Assembly: GCA_041600755.1 (NCBI GenBank)
Contig: JBFIJL010000001.1
Span: 56,798-120,797 of the forward strand
Source: Candidatus Saccharimonadales bacterium
Lineage (GTDB): Bacteria; Patescibacteriota; Saccharimonadia; Saccharimonadales; JAXHNE01
Direction: 5' to 3'
DNA length: 64,000 nt
The notes under the pieces are model-generated. The model was given only the letters and a program-made list of their open reading frames with translations. It was not told the DNA's origin and did no database searches. Numbering within the stretch: the stretch's first letter is position 1; every line of letters starts with the position of its first letter. A program made the position numbers and the translations under genes. Below, in pieces: positions 10,413 through 19,982 of this stretch.

Positions 10413-10597
10413 CTCACGGGGAATACTTGGGTATATTCTGCTTAAGCTGCGAGTGAGCGAGCTCCCTCGGTCTTGCCTGAATATCGACCCCTCGTTCGCT
10501 ATGCTCACTTATTTCGGGGTTCGCTTCCGCCAGGCAATACAAAGAAAAATAGACCAGCATTAGCTGATCTATTTTTCTTGGTGATCTCACGGGGAAT
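10413..10597. repeat. tRNA-Glu-linked unit bounded by repeat CTCACGGGGAAT, period 173 bp
   Basis: 12-bp piece of the tRNA 3' half at 10413 and 10586; terminator hairpin directly beyond the CCA end. Confidence 0.75.
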
Positions 10598-10653
10598 CGA
10601 ACCCCGATTGCCAGGATGAAAACCTGGTGTCCTAACCGTTAGACGATGAGACC
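10579..10653 (-). tRNA. tRNA-Glu (TTC)
   Basis: GGTCTCATCGTCTAACGGTTAGGACACCAGG-TTTTCAT-CCTGG...GGTTCGATTCC...ACCA. Confidence 0.96.
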
Positions 10654-10668
10654 ATATTTGAACATATT

Positions 10669-10777
10669 CATTGTAAGGTGCGGACTGGCAATCTGCCAGT
10701 ATGTCTTGTTTATCGTTCGATACAAGCATCGATAACTGGCTTCCTAGCCGCAAGACAATGAGACCATTGCTACAATG
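10669..10777 (-). ncRNA. Putative structured RNA containing a degenerate tRNA-Glu 5' half
   Basis: GGTCTCATTGTCTTGCGGCTAGGAAGCCAG resembles the tRNA-Glu 5' half; enclosed by CATTGTA/TACAATG. Confidence 0.4.
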
Positions 10778-10825
10778 CTTTATGTAGATTTTAACCGCTC
10801 AAGTGTAGCATAACAGAGGCGGAAA

Positions 10826-10862
10826 TGAAACACCCTACATTGTTTATATGCAGGGTGTTTCA
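10826..10862. terminator. Intrinsic terminator-like hairpin
   Basis: tgaaacaccct...agggtgtttca inverted repeat downstream of the LPKTG gene. Confidence 0.6.
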
Positions 10863-10966
10863 AGAATGTTCTTACGAGATAGCGGTCAGTCAATACTCGT
10901 TTGTTGTACCTAGCTAAACTCTAGCATATTTTTGCGATTCTAGCTAGGTACTTATCCACAGCCCTC

Positions 10967-12559
10967 TTAGAGGAAGCGTCGTGAAAGAACAATTTTGTGA
11001 GCGAATCCTGCGGCAATTGTAGCTGCTGCAAAGATGCCGATCATATCTGCTGGGCCTGTCTTTGGAAGTTCAGGCGTAACACAGTCAGGGCTGTTCTTTG
11101 GCAAGTTTTCTTTGCCTGGGATTGGGCAGTTCTCAACTTCTTTTTCGGTGTTGATAACAACCTTACAGCTTTCGCCTGACTTGCTTTGCACTGCACCATC
11201 AACATTGAAGTCAACAGTTAGGGATGCAGCATAGTCGCCAGACTTAGCATATGTGTGCTCAACAACTGTCTTGTCGGTCACCATAACTTCAGTCTTGTCG
11301 CCAAAGTCATATCGGTATTGCTTGATAGTCGCACCGCCAGTAGCAGTAGCTTTCGCAGTGAACTGGTATTTTAGGTTTCCTAGTTTCTTTAGTTCAAGCA
11401 AATCACAGCTGTAAGTAGGCGTTACTTCATCACAGTTTTCTTTTGTGACGATAACTGTAGCGTCATCTTCCTGTTGAGTAACATCATCTGCTCGAACTCG
11501 AGCAATGTTCTTGAGCGTAGTGACACACTCTTCGAGCTCGCTTGCCGCTGCAATCTTGGTGTCGAACGTAATGTAGCCATTCGAACCGCTCGTGTATGAA
11601 CCAGCGTTTACGCCGTTTGAGTCAAACAAATCTTCGTCATCAAGTGCAAGTCCGTTTTTGTGAGCTGCGTCTACTAGCTTTACGCTTCCGTCGACAACAT
11701 CAAGGTTCGCAGGAAGCGTATCCTTAATGGTTGTATTGTTCAACTGTGCAGTTCCAACGTTCTTATATGTAATGAGCCACTTGGCTATGTCACCTGGTTT
11801 TGCGTGAGCTGAATCCTGGTATGATCCATCACCAACTTTCACTTTCTTCTCAAATTCAACGGCAGGGGCCTTTACTTTAACCTTGATGTACACGAACGCC
11901 TGGTATTCGAAACAACCTGGCAATACACCATTCAACTGATTGTAGCCAATCGTTGCGCCGTCAGTCACGATGCTATCGCTAAGAGCAAATCCCGTGCCAC
12001 CGTTATGACCAGTTACGAGCGTTGCAGAGCCTGGAATATATTCAAGACTGAAGGCGTTTTCGCCAACAAACTCAGATGTATCAGATACAACTGCAGGGGT
12101 TGCGTTACTTGCAGAGATATAGCTTGTAGCTTTTAGATTCTGTGCTGTTCCTGTAGGGAGCTTAAATCGCACTTTTGCGTCCTTTGCAACAGTAGGTCCG
12201 TCGTAGTTCTCGCCATTCAAGTCCTGGTTGCCGTTGTTGTGAACATACACACGAAGCGTAAGTTCATCTCCAGCGTCAACGCCGCCAAGAACATCCTTAT
12301 AGTTGTCTGCCGCATCGTTCCCAACACCTTCACGAGCATCAAAGAAATGCCGTTCATCACCGTAGTATGGCGTGTTGACGAACGAGTTGAATACGACCTT
12401 GTCGAATCCACCTCGGTCTGTAGTATTATTCCAATCCTTTATAGGGCGTTCTGGGAAGAAGCCGGCAAAAGCAATGGCAGGAACTGCGATTGCAGTTGCA
12501 GCAAAGATTGCAAGTGTTGCCTTTTTGCTGTTAGCCTTGATGTATTGTAGTACTTTCAT
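10967..12559 (-). CDS. Sortase-anchored surface protein (DUF11-like Ig repeats, PKD domain, LPKTG signal)
   Basis: Signal peptide; ITYKNVGTAQLNNTTIKDTLP; YDFGDK PKD motif; ELPKTG + hydrophobic helix + RR tail. Confidence 0.85.
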   Translation of the reverse strand: MKVLQYIKANSKKATLAIFAATAIAVPAIAFAGFFPERPIKDWNNTTDRGGFDKVVFNSFVNTPYYGDERHFFDAREGVGNDAADNYKDVLGGVDAGDELTLRVYVHNNGNQDLNGENYDGPTVAKDAKVRFKLPTGTAQNLKATSYISASNATPAVVSDTSEFVGENAFSLEYIPGSATLVTGHNGGTGFALSDSIVTDGATIGYNQLNGVLPGCFEYQAFVYIKVKVKAPAVEFEKKVKVGDGSYQDSAHAKPGDIAKWLITYKNVGTAQLNNTTIKDTLPANLDVVDGSVKLVDAAHKNGLALDDEDLFDSNGVNAGSYTSGSNGYITFDTKIAAASELEECVTTLKNIARVRADDVTQQEDDATVIVTKENCDEVTPTYSCDLLELKKLGNLKYQFTAKATATGGATIKQYRYDFGDKTEVMVTDKTVVEHTYAKSGDYAASLTVDFNVDGAVQSKSGESCKVVINTEKEVENCPIPGKENLPKNSPDCVTPELPKTGPADMIGIFAAATIAAGFAHKIVLSRRFL

Positions 12560-12584
12560 GGTTGTCTCCTTTACTTATTCTGAC

Positions 12585-14141
12585 TTAGTCTTCTAGCTCA
12601 ACTTCAATTGGAGCGAGGCCGTTTGGTGCACTCGAGTATCTTCGACGCTGCTCGAATGTGAGTCCTGCAATGCCTCCGGCTGCAATGACTGACATTGGAA
12701 CCGGCACAGTGCCGTCACTTGGTGATTCAGGTGTATTAATTGGCTCATCAGGAGCTTCTGCTTCAGGGATGCTGGTCGTAGTGTTTGGGTTCTCACCTGG
12801 CAAGTAACCATCCTCGTCTTGACCTTCATTATCAGTGTCAGGAACATTCGGATTCTCGCCTGGATCTCCAGGTTCTTGATCCTCATAACCAGGAATTGTA
12901 GGAAGCGGTTTAGGTGTCTTGGGAGTCGTAGTGGTTGTTGTCTCTGGGGTAGTGGTCGAAGTGGTGGTTGTTGTCTCTGGAGCAGTAGTAGACGTGGTTG
13001 GTGGGGTTGTAGTTGGAGGAGGGGTCGTTGTTGTTGGTGGGGTTGTAGTTGTAGGAGTTTCCTCTTCTGGAGTTTCAGGGATTTCAACAGAATCAAACGG
13101 CTGGAAGCCACAGTCTACGCGTGCTGCAATAGTCTGTACATTGCCGTCTTCGTCCAAGAAGCTAATCAAAGCGATTGCGTCATTGGCGCCAACTGCACGG
13201 TCGAGGTCATATGCTAATACGCCGTTTGCGTTATAAGCCATGTTCTTGTAATTTGCGCTATCAGAATTGAGTGTTACAACCCGAATTTCTGTTATATCAG
13301 AATTAAATATACGAGTATCTTCAAGCATAGACTCAGGTACACCGGCGTTCTTCAATGCTTCCTTGAGTACATCGCCTTGGTTCTGCTCATAACCGTTTTG
13401 TGCAGTCAGCATGTTTTGACCCATTTCAATTGCGCCGTTAGTTGTAATTTCTGAACCATTCCATGTTCCACCATTAAGAGATGAACCACTCATTTCGTGC
13501 ACGCCTGGAAGTTCTGCGTCTTTATCGTTTATAAATGTAACGTCGTCCATAGAGAGACCTATCGATTCAAGTTTTTCAATCTGATCAAGTCGCATCTCGG
13601 CACGGTTTCGGTTGGTTAGTTCACCTGATGCTTCAGCTTCGGATGCATCATTGTCGGCTTGTGTAGTCTCGGTGGTCTCTGAAGTAGTGGTGGTTGACCC
13701 ATCAACAGCGCCAACGATTTCACGGTGCGCTGGCTTATCTGCTTCGTTTTTTGCAAAAGCAAAGATTCCAGCAGCAACAACTGCTCCAAGTGCAGTAGCG
13801 GCTATCAATTTTCTGCCTCGACTCCACTTGCCTTCAGGAGCAGCCTCATCGTCAGTAGCTTCATCGTAATCATTCTCGCGACGCTTTTCACGCTCACCGG
13901 CAAACTTGCCTTTTGTCCCTTGTTCAGGCACCAAAATAGGCTCAATTTCTTTTTGATCCTGATCAAAAAGCTTTACTTCATCCTTTTCGACACTACTCTT
14001 CAGCAATGCGCCACTTTCCATAAAAGTAGCAAGCTGCGCTGACATGGCCTGGACCTGTTCTCGAAGTTCAGCTATTTCTGCACGCATCTGGTTAAGTACT
14101 TCAGATTCTGGATACTGTTTTAAAATTTCTGGGTTGCTCAT
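12585..14141 (-). CDS. Membrane-anchored surface protein with Thr/Pro-rich stalk
   Basis: Internal TM (LIAATALGAVVAAGIFAF), PTTTTPP repeats, C-terminal VPVPMS-hydrophobic-RRR segment. Confidence 0.75.
   Translation of the reverse strand: MSNPEILKQYPESEVLNQMRAEIAELREQVQAMSAQLATFMESGALLKSSVEKDEVKLFDQDQKEIEPILVPEQGTKGKFAGEREKRRENDYDEATDDEAAPEGKWSRGRKLIAATALGAVVAAGIFAFAKNEADKPAHREIVGAVDGSTTTTSETTETTQADNDASEAEASGELTNRNRAEMRLDQIEKLESIGLSMDDVTFINDKDAELPGVHEMSGSSLNGGTWNGSEITTNGAIEMGQNMLTAQNGYEQNQGDVLKEALKNAGVPESMLEDTRIFNSDITEIRVVTLNSDSANYKNMAYNANGVLAYDLDRAVGANDAIALISFLDEDGNVQTIAARVDCGFQPFDSVEIPETPEEETPTTTTPPTTTTPPPTTTPPTTSTTAPETTTTTSTTTPETTTTTTPKTPKPLPTIPGYEDQEPGDPGENPNVPDTDNEGQDEDGYLPGENPNTTTSIPEAEAPDEPINTPESPSDGTVPVPMSVIAAGGIAGLTFEQRRRYSSAPNGLAPIEVELED
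12919..13060 (-). repeat. Degenerate Thr/Pro codon repeats (TTTTPP / PETTTTT)
   Basis: Low-complexity coding repeats. Confidence 0.8.
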
Positions 14142-14295
14142 TGTAATGATTCCTCCCCGTAAGGGTTAATTACTATCTCCACCGTGCCACCTCTGTTAGT
14201 AGAGATATTCACGTTCAAAATCTATTCTATCACTAATAAACATAAATGTCAATAGATATCACAATAATATCGTCAATAGCACAAGCGTGATGAAT

Positions 14296-16512
14296 CTAGG
14301 CTTCTTTTTTGAGTTCTTCGGCGATCTGTTCTAGCTTTTTCTTGGCAAACGTAAAGCCAAAAGTGCTGCCCTTGCCTTCTTCGGTTTCAAAGATTATTGC
14401 ACCGCCTTGAGTCACTACAACCTTCTTGGCCATAAATAGACCAAGCCCAGTCCCGTCTGGCCGAGCTTTGCGTGCATTTCCAGCGCGGAAAAATTTGCTA
14501 AACAGATTATGTCGCTCGGATTTTGGAACACCCATACCGGTGTCTTTTACTGTATATTCGATAGTTTCACCCTTGTCCACCAATCCAACCTCAATTTTTC
14601 CACCAGCTGGTGTGTAGTAGATGGCATTGTCTATAAAGTTCATTATCACCTGGCGAATCTTGGTTTCGTCAATCATGACTGACGGGAAGTTCTTTGGCTT
14701 TTTAAAACTCAGTTTCAAATCGCGAGATTTAGCTGTTGGTTGTAGCTGTTCCACCTCTGTTTCAATCACTTTAGCAAGATCAGTTTCTTTAGGATCAATC
14801 ACGAATTTGCCAGTTTTGAGCCGAGATACGTTCAAGAGGTCGGCAATCAGGTACACCATGCGCTGTGAGCTCAGATACGCCTGTTCTAGCATCTTGTTTT
14901 GCTTGTCGTTCACTTCACCCACATCACCCTCAAGAACCATACTCAAATAGCCCTTGACGCTTGTAAGCGGCGTGCGCAGCTGATGCGACGCCATACTAAT
15001 GAACTCATCCTTAGTCTCATCCATCTGTTTGAGCTTTTCATTGGTCCGCTGAAGCTCTTTTGTGGCCGATTCCACCTTGTCCTGGAGTGTACTGGCAAAT
15101 TTCTCAATTTCCTCGTATCGCAAGGCATTTTGAATGGCAATCACTAGTTCGTTCAATATGATAGTCATCATGCGAATATCCTGCTTGTTGTATGGATTTC
15201 CGCTCTTTTTGGCCCCTAAGATAAGGTAACCTAAGCCTTCGAGGTTGGCTTCGCTCTCTGCTGCAAGCCGTCCGAGTACTGCAACATCATACTTTTGCAT
15301 CATGTGCTTTATTTCGCTAGATTCGTCCATTTCATCCGCAATAAATACATTCATGTTCTGTGAAGGCGTCAACTTACGAATCTTCTCTATATCCTCTTTG
15401 TGAAAGTCCTTCGGAACAGTACCTATGACACGTTGCGGTGAATATGCCGTTTCTTTCAGTCCAAACAGGCTAAACTGACTCTTTAGATTGGTGTCAATAA
15501 TCTCGGCACAGCGTCGAAGCAAAAGCTCGAGGTCGACAGTAGACACCAACTCTTTATTGAGCTGATCCAGAAAAACCTGAGGATCATAAGCATCCCTATA
15601 AAAAACGAAGTTAGTTTTTTTGTCGAAAAACCTCTTGAGTCCCTGAAACGACAAACCGATAAATAGTGCCGAAAGAGCGTAGAACACCTGCTCCGATAGT
15701 TTAATCTCATCCCCTGAAAAAATAACAACCGAAAGAGTCACTACGGTTAGAGAATATACAAGACCAAAGGTTAGTATTGATAAAAGATAGGCAGCTGATC
15801 GTGCAATAACAAGACGAACGTCAAATAAACCTTGTCTAAATAATCCATAAATTGTTAATCCTGTATAGAAAAACGGAGCACAATATCCAATAGCATAAAA
15901 CGTAGTATTGTCTCCAAATGCCAATGGAAGAACTATGATAAAAACTATTGCATGTACAATTGTAAGGGTTAAACCAGCCATAAGTGTAGACACCTGGCTT
16001 TTCAGCTTTTTATCTGCGCCACCTCTTAAAGATTTCGCGTTTTCTATATACACACTTGCGCAGACCAAAAGTGCGAGAACTGCCAGGATGGACGAGCCAG
16101 GCCCAGGTATATATTCTGCATTCCCTTCAAAAACGAACTCTCCAGATACAAATACAGTAGGCGAGGCTGCTATAGTTAATGCGGAAATTCCAAAGACTAT
16201 CTTTTGAAGTCTTTTGAACTGCTTCTTTTCAGGAAAATATAGACTAAAGAGATAGATGAAGAAAACTGACATTCCACCAAACATAAAACCAAGAATATTT
16301 GCAAAGTTAAAAAAATGCAGGTTTGAAACTGTTGCGTACGTATCTACATATAGAAGAAAAACATTAATCAGTGTCCATATGAAAATAGTACTGCACAATG
16401 CAGCAAATACTTTTTGTACACTAGAGTTTGACCGACGCCCTTCCAGCGCCATCCCAAGACTAATAAGAAGCTGGAAGACTGCAATTATCAACAATAGGGG
16501 TACTAAAAACAT
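14296..16512 (-). CDS. Sensor histidine kinase: multi-TM (7TM-type) input, GAF-like domain, HisKA, HATPase
   Basis: About 9 TM helices; H-box SHQLRTPLT; N-box DNAIYYT; G1 DTGMG; G2 GTGLGL. Confidence 0.93.
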   Translation of the reverse strand: MFLVPLLLIIAVFQLLISLGMALEGRRSNSSVQKVFAALCSTIFIWTLINVFLLYVDTYATVSNLHFFNFANILGFMFGGMSVFFIYLFSLYFPEKKQFKRLQKIVFGISALTIAASPTVFVSGEFVFEGNAEYIPGPGSSILAVLALLVCASVYIENAKSLRGGADKKLKSQVSTLMAGLTLTIVHAIVFIIVLPLAFGDNTTFYAIGYCAPFFYTGLTIYGLFRQGLFDVRLVIARSAAYLLSILTFGLVYSLTVVTLSVVIFSGDEIKLSEQVFYALSALFIGLSFQGLKRFFDKKTNFVFYRDAYDPQVFLDQLNKELVSTVDLELLLRRCAEIIDTNLKSQFSLFGLKETAYSPQRVIGTVPKDFHKEDIEKIRKLTPSQNMNVFIADEMDESSEIKHMMQKYDVAVLGRLAAESEANLEGLGYLILGAKKSGNPYNKQDIRMMTIILNELVIAIQNALRYEEIEKFASTLQDKVESATKELQRTNEKLKQMDETKDEFISMASHQLRTPLTSVKGYLSMVLEGDVGEVNDKQNKMLEQAYLSSQRMVYLIADLLNVSRLKTGKFVIDPKETDLAKVIETEVEQLQPTAKSRDLKLSFKKPKNFPSVMIDETKIRQVIMNFIDNAIYYTPAGGKIEVGLVDKGETIEYTVKDTGMGVPKSERHNLFSKFFRAGNARKARPDGTGLGLFMAKKVVVTQGGAIIFETEEGKGSTFGFTFAKKKLEQIAEELKKEA

Positions 16513-16552
16513 AACTACTTATGAGTATACATCCATGTCATATTAGACAAAA

Positions 16553-17380
16553 CTAAAGTTCATAGGTGGGCGCTGCAAACAAAGCCATATCATTGAATAC
16601 CTTTACATTATTGGGTGTTGTGGGTATTGATACGGGGCTATACTTGTGGTCAAATCCAAGCGTACCGTCAGTGTCGATAGTTGGCGTCTTGAGATCCTCG
16701 CGGCCAGCTACGGGCTCGTATTCAAGGCCAATCGCCCCCAATGAATGTACAGCCGGTTCGTTAAGATGAGCGAAGACTGCTGCTCGACCATCGGCTACTC
16801 CAGACTTTTCGATTACCTGGAATAATGCAATATATCCTAAATCTGAAACTCTTAGTCCGGTTTCTGTCTCAGACTTTTTCACCCTAAAGTTACTTTCAAC
16901 CGCTATGCATCTAGACAGGTCAACACCTCTGCTTGAGTAATACTCATGGACTTCATCCACAGTCAATCCCTGTCCGGAATCAATCAAATCATCAACGAGT
17001 GCTATACCTATCTCGTTTGAGTCACTATCTTCGACGTCTTCTTGTGACTGAGTTAGGACTTTAGAAGTCAGCCTGAATGCGTGAACAATCCCACGAGATT
17101 CTTCGCGCACGTCTACTAAAGCCAGAAACTTTGATTGATCTTCAAAATGCTCCATAACAGACGGCATTTCCGGGAATCTCTCAGCCTCTAGTGTTCTTAT
17201 CAGATTTGCATATGGCGTATCCTGACTTATCCATACGGCATTAATGGTCTTGGGATCATTTTCAGTGAATGAGTCTATCTCATCCACAAGAAGTTGTTCA
17301 AGGCTATTGAACTGCACTTCGCCTAACTTATAGTCCAGCTCAAAACCTTCTGCCGTGATTTCATTATTTGCTCTCATCAT
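16553..17380 (-). CDS. Putative GNAT-fold acyltransferase (LuxI / FeeM N-acyl amino acid synthase-like)
   Basis: Pattern IRTLE..F, FLALVD...IVHAFRL, IAVESNFRV, VFAHLNEPAVHSLGAIGLEYEPVAG resembles the autoinducer-synthase/FeeM order of elements (by eye); start overlaps upstream stop. Confidence 0.5.
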   Translation of the reverse strand: MMRANNEITAEGFELDYKLGEVQFNSLEQLLVDEIDSFTENDPKTINAVWISQDTPYANLIRTLEAERFPEMPSVMEHFEDQSKFLALVDVREESRGIVHAFRLTSKVLTQSQEDVEDSDSNEIGIALVDDLIDSGQGLTVDEVHEYYSSRGVDLSRCIAVESNFRVKKSETETGLRVSDLGYIALFQVIEKSGVADGRAAVFAHLNEPAVHSLGAIGLEYEPVAGREDLKTPTIDTDGTLGFDHKYSPVSIPTTPNNVKVFNDMALFAAPTYEL

Positions 17381-18015
17381 TACTCCTCGTCCTTGACTAA
17401 ATTGTTTTTAGCTTGCATTTTCCGAATAAGCTTAGAAGCGCCAAATCTAGCACCCACTAAAGCAAATATTCCTGCGCCTATGTGTTCCGGTTCTGGCACC
17501 TCGATACCCTTGGCCATGAAATATCCCTGTACTGCGCAAAAGCCACTCAAACCCACTGCGCTCCTAGCCCCGTATCTTCGATTTTCTGCTTCTGTGCGGT
17601 TTGGGTTTTCCCTGTCAATAAGTAGCATACTGATCGCAGTCCCACCAACTAAGGCAGCTGCCCCTTTAGTGATTGAACTTGTTTTTGCATCTTTAGATAT
17701 TCCAACTTTTTCAAGAAGATTATTAGCTTTATCAAGACTCTTTTTTGCAACATTACTATCAAGTGCTCGAGCAGATGCAAAGCCTGCGGCTCCCTCTATG
17801 GCGAATGTTGCTGCGCCATAGGCACCTGCAGAGATAATCGGATTTCCATATGCTGCTTGCGCTGCACCAAATACACCAAAACGCATTGCTTCATTAGCAA
17901 ACGTCACCTCCGCAGCTATCACTAGTCCGCTAATTGCATCAAGCGCCTTGCTTCTTTCAGACTTCAGTTCAAAATTCTCTGAACCAGACTCAAGATCATA
18001 ATTAACATCAACCAT
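17380..18015 (-). CDS. Hypothetical multi-pass membrane protein (Gly/Ala-rich helices)
   Basis: Several hydrophobic segments; start/stop overlaps with both neighbours. Confidence 0.7.
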   Translation of the reverse strand: MVDVNYDLESGSENFELKSERSKALDAISGLVIAAEVTFANEAMRFGVFGAAQAAYGNPIISAGAYGAATFAIEGAAGFASARALDSNVAKKSLDKANNLLEKVGISKDAKTSSITKGAAALVGGTAISMLLIDRENPNRTEAENRRYGARSAVGLSGFCAVQGYFMAKGIEVPEPEHIGAGIFALVGARFGASKLIRKMQAKNNLVKDEE

Positions 18016-18527
18016 TATTTATCTCCGATTAAATGCGCAGCATTCTGCCAGTCACTTGCTTGGAAAACAGCAACAACCATTGCGCACACTGGATGGTGTT
18101 TGCAGGTTTTACCTACGACTTTCATGTTAATTTCACCGAAATCAACGTTTCGAGTAGCCATCAGCGCCTCTAAGCTTTGTCGAATATCGCCTCTTACAGA
18201 TGACTCGCTATTGCCTTCATGCTCTACAAATAGACCCTTTTTGGATCCTTTTTCTTGCACCCAGCCAATGCCAGCCCATGCCTCTTCGTTGGGCTTTTCA
18301 ACTCGCTCTTCAGCCATGACAACATAAAGACGATCGCCCCAGCCACCTGGCATAATTTCGGCAGGGATTGGACCATGTTCATGAACCACAATATTAGTGT
18401 TTGGGGGAACTACTGAACTAAGTTTTAGTAAATTAAAATTAGCAATCCCCGCATCGTTCAATGCTGCGTCAAATGCTGCTAGTTTAGTTGGCCCCGACCC
18501 GATTCCTGGCGCTACATGAATATCCAT
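18015..18527 (-). CDS. pdaD: Pyruvoyl-dependent arginine decarboxylase
   Basis: G.G.TKLAAFDAALNDAGIANFNLLKLSSVVP with the SS self-cleavage site; AGIGW, GLFVEHEG; start at MDIHV with upstream GGA. Confidence 0.9.
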   Translation of the reverse strand: MDIHVAPGIGSGPTKLAAFDAALNDAGIANFNLLKLSSVVPPNTNIVVHEHGPIPAEIMPGGWGDRLYVVMAEERVEKPNEEAWAGIGWVQEKGSKKGLFVEHEGNSESSVRGDIRQSLEALMATRNVDFGEINMKVVGKTCKHHPVCAMVVAVFQASDWQNAAHLIGDK

Positions 18528-18547
18528 ACTAATAATTCCTTTCAAAT

Positions 18548-18595
18548 AAAAAACAGCATGTCGTTGCCTCAAATTGAGGACTGACATGCTGTTTT
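18548..18595 (-). promoter_or_regulatory. Terminator-like hairpin in the pdaD 5' leader (candidate attenuator)
   Basis: AAAACAGCATGTC...GACATGCTG followed by a T-tract on the minus strand, between a TATCAT -10 box (~18619-18624) and the pdaD ATG. Confidence 0.55.
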
Positions 18596-18676
18596 GTTTA
18601 CTAATGTACTGCCTTGCATGATACCACAAGCGGTGTATAATGTCAACTATATAATTAAAACAGAAAATTGCAAACT

Positions 18677-19072
18677 ATGAAAATTGCTATCATTGAAGAT
18701 GACCGACCTATAGCTAGTATGTATCAGCAAAAGCTGAAACTGGCGAACCATCAGGTGCGCTGCGCTTTTGACGGCGAGGAAGGATTGACCATGCTTGAGG
18801 ACTTCCAGCCAGACGTTGCGCTCGTTGACCTCAAAATGCCAAAAATGACCGGCGATGCAATGCTCGAAATTATCCGCAAGACTGAGTGGGGTGCAAGTCT
18901 ACGCGTAATCATCCTTACCAACATCAGCAAAGATGAAGCTCCCAACAACTTACGGTTCATGAGCATTGACAGGTACATCGTTAAGGCACACTACACGCCA
19001 AACCAGGTGCTGGCTGTAGTTAACGAAGTGCTCGGCATTAAGCCACAAAACTTATCCACCAAAACTCAGTAA
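18677..19072 (+). CDS. Single-domain response regulator (receiver only) 1
   Basis: IIEDD, LVDLKMP, ILTN, YIVKA. Confidence 0.92.
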   Translation: MKIAIIEDDRPIASMYQQKLKLANHQVRCAFDGEEGLTMLEDFQPDVALVDLKMPKMTGDAMLEIIRKTEWGASLRVIILTNISKDEAPNNLRFMSIDRYIVKAHYTPNQVLAVVNEVLGIKPQNLSTKTQ

Positions 19073-19198
19073 AAAACCCAACAAAACCAACTTGTGCATC
19101 CATAAGCGCTTTGGTACTGTATAGTTTCCGCGCGAATTTAAACAGAGATTTTTACGAAGGAAAACTAACAACATAAACGACAGAGTTTTGGAGGATTT

Positions 19199-19576
19199 TT
19201 GGTGCAAAAAATAGCCATCGTGCAGCATGATGATGCAATACGCAACATGTACAAGCTCAAGTTTGAGCAAGGACGATTTAGGGTCAAAACCGCCCGCTGC
19301 GGTCAAACTGCATTGGACCTACTGCGTGATTTTTGGCCGGACGTCGTTCTTATGGACATGCACCTGCCATTTTTGAGTGGTCTTGAGGCTGTAGAAAGAC
19401 TCCAAAATTATCCGTTATTTTCTCGGCCTAAAATTATTTTGACTTCAAATCTTGACGAAGAACAGGCGGCCAAAAAGTTTGGACACCTTGGAATTGATGG
19501 CTACATCCTAAAAGCGAACCACACTCCTTCTGAAATTCTTGGTATAGTACAAGGTATGATTGGAGCAACAGCTTGA
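19199..19576 (+). CDS. Single-domain response regulator 2 (degenerate acidic pocket)
   Basis: IVQHDD in place of IEDD; LMDMHLP; YILKA. Confidence 0.85.
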   Translation: MVQKIAIVQHDDAIRNMYKLKFEQGRFRVKTARCGQTALDLLRDFWPDVVLMDMHLPFLSGLEAVERLQNYPLFSRPKIILTSNLDEEQAAKKFGHLGIDGYILKANHTPSEILGIVQGMIGATA

Positions 19577-19938
19577 AAAAAATTATCCTCGTCGAAGATG
19601 ATGAGATGTTGGCAGAAATATACCAAACTAGATTGCAACTTGCAGACTTTGAATGCAAACGAGCCAATAATGGACTGGCTGGACTGGAACTCATCCAAAA
19701 AGAACTACCTGACCTCGTATTACTTGATCTGATGATGCCGATAATGTCAGGCGATCAAGTGCTTGAAGCAATTCGTACCAGCGACTGGGGAAAAGACATG
19801 AAAGTCATAATCCTTACCAATATTAGTGAGGCAGAAGCACCAGACATTATTAACGAGCTCGGTATCGAACGCTACATCGTAAAAGCCAATATTGTCCACG
19901 ATCAACTGGTTGAGGCTGTTAACGAAGTCCTAAAATAG
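19573..19938 (+). CDS. Single-domain response regulator 3
   Basis: LVEDDE, LLDLMMP, ILTN, YIVKA. Confidence 0.92.
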   Translation: MKKIILVEDDEMLAEIYQTRLQLADFECKRANNGLAGLELIQKELPDLVLLDLMMPIMSGDQVLEAIRTSDWGKDMKVIILTNISEAEAPDIINELGIERYIVKANIVHDQLVEAVNEVLK

Positions 19939-19982
19939 TTCAGGCGCTTGAGTTTATCCTTGTGTTGCCCTAGAATCTAAAC

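Noticed and set aside
10323-10753. ORFs 10323-10508 and 10505-10753
   Set aside because: They overlap tRNA-Glu and its linked structured elements; no protein motifs
18528-18629. N-terminal extension of PdaD given in the ORF track
   Set aside because: Family similarity begins at MDIHV; the extension spans a hairpin and promoter
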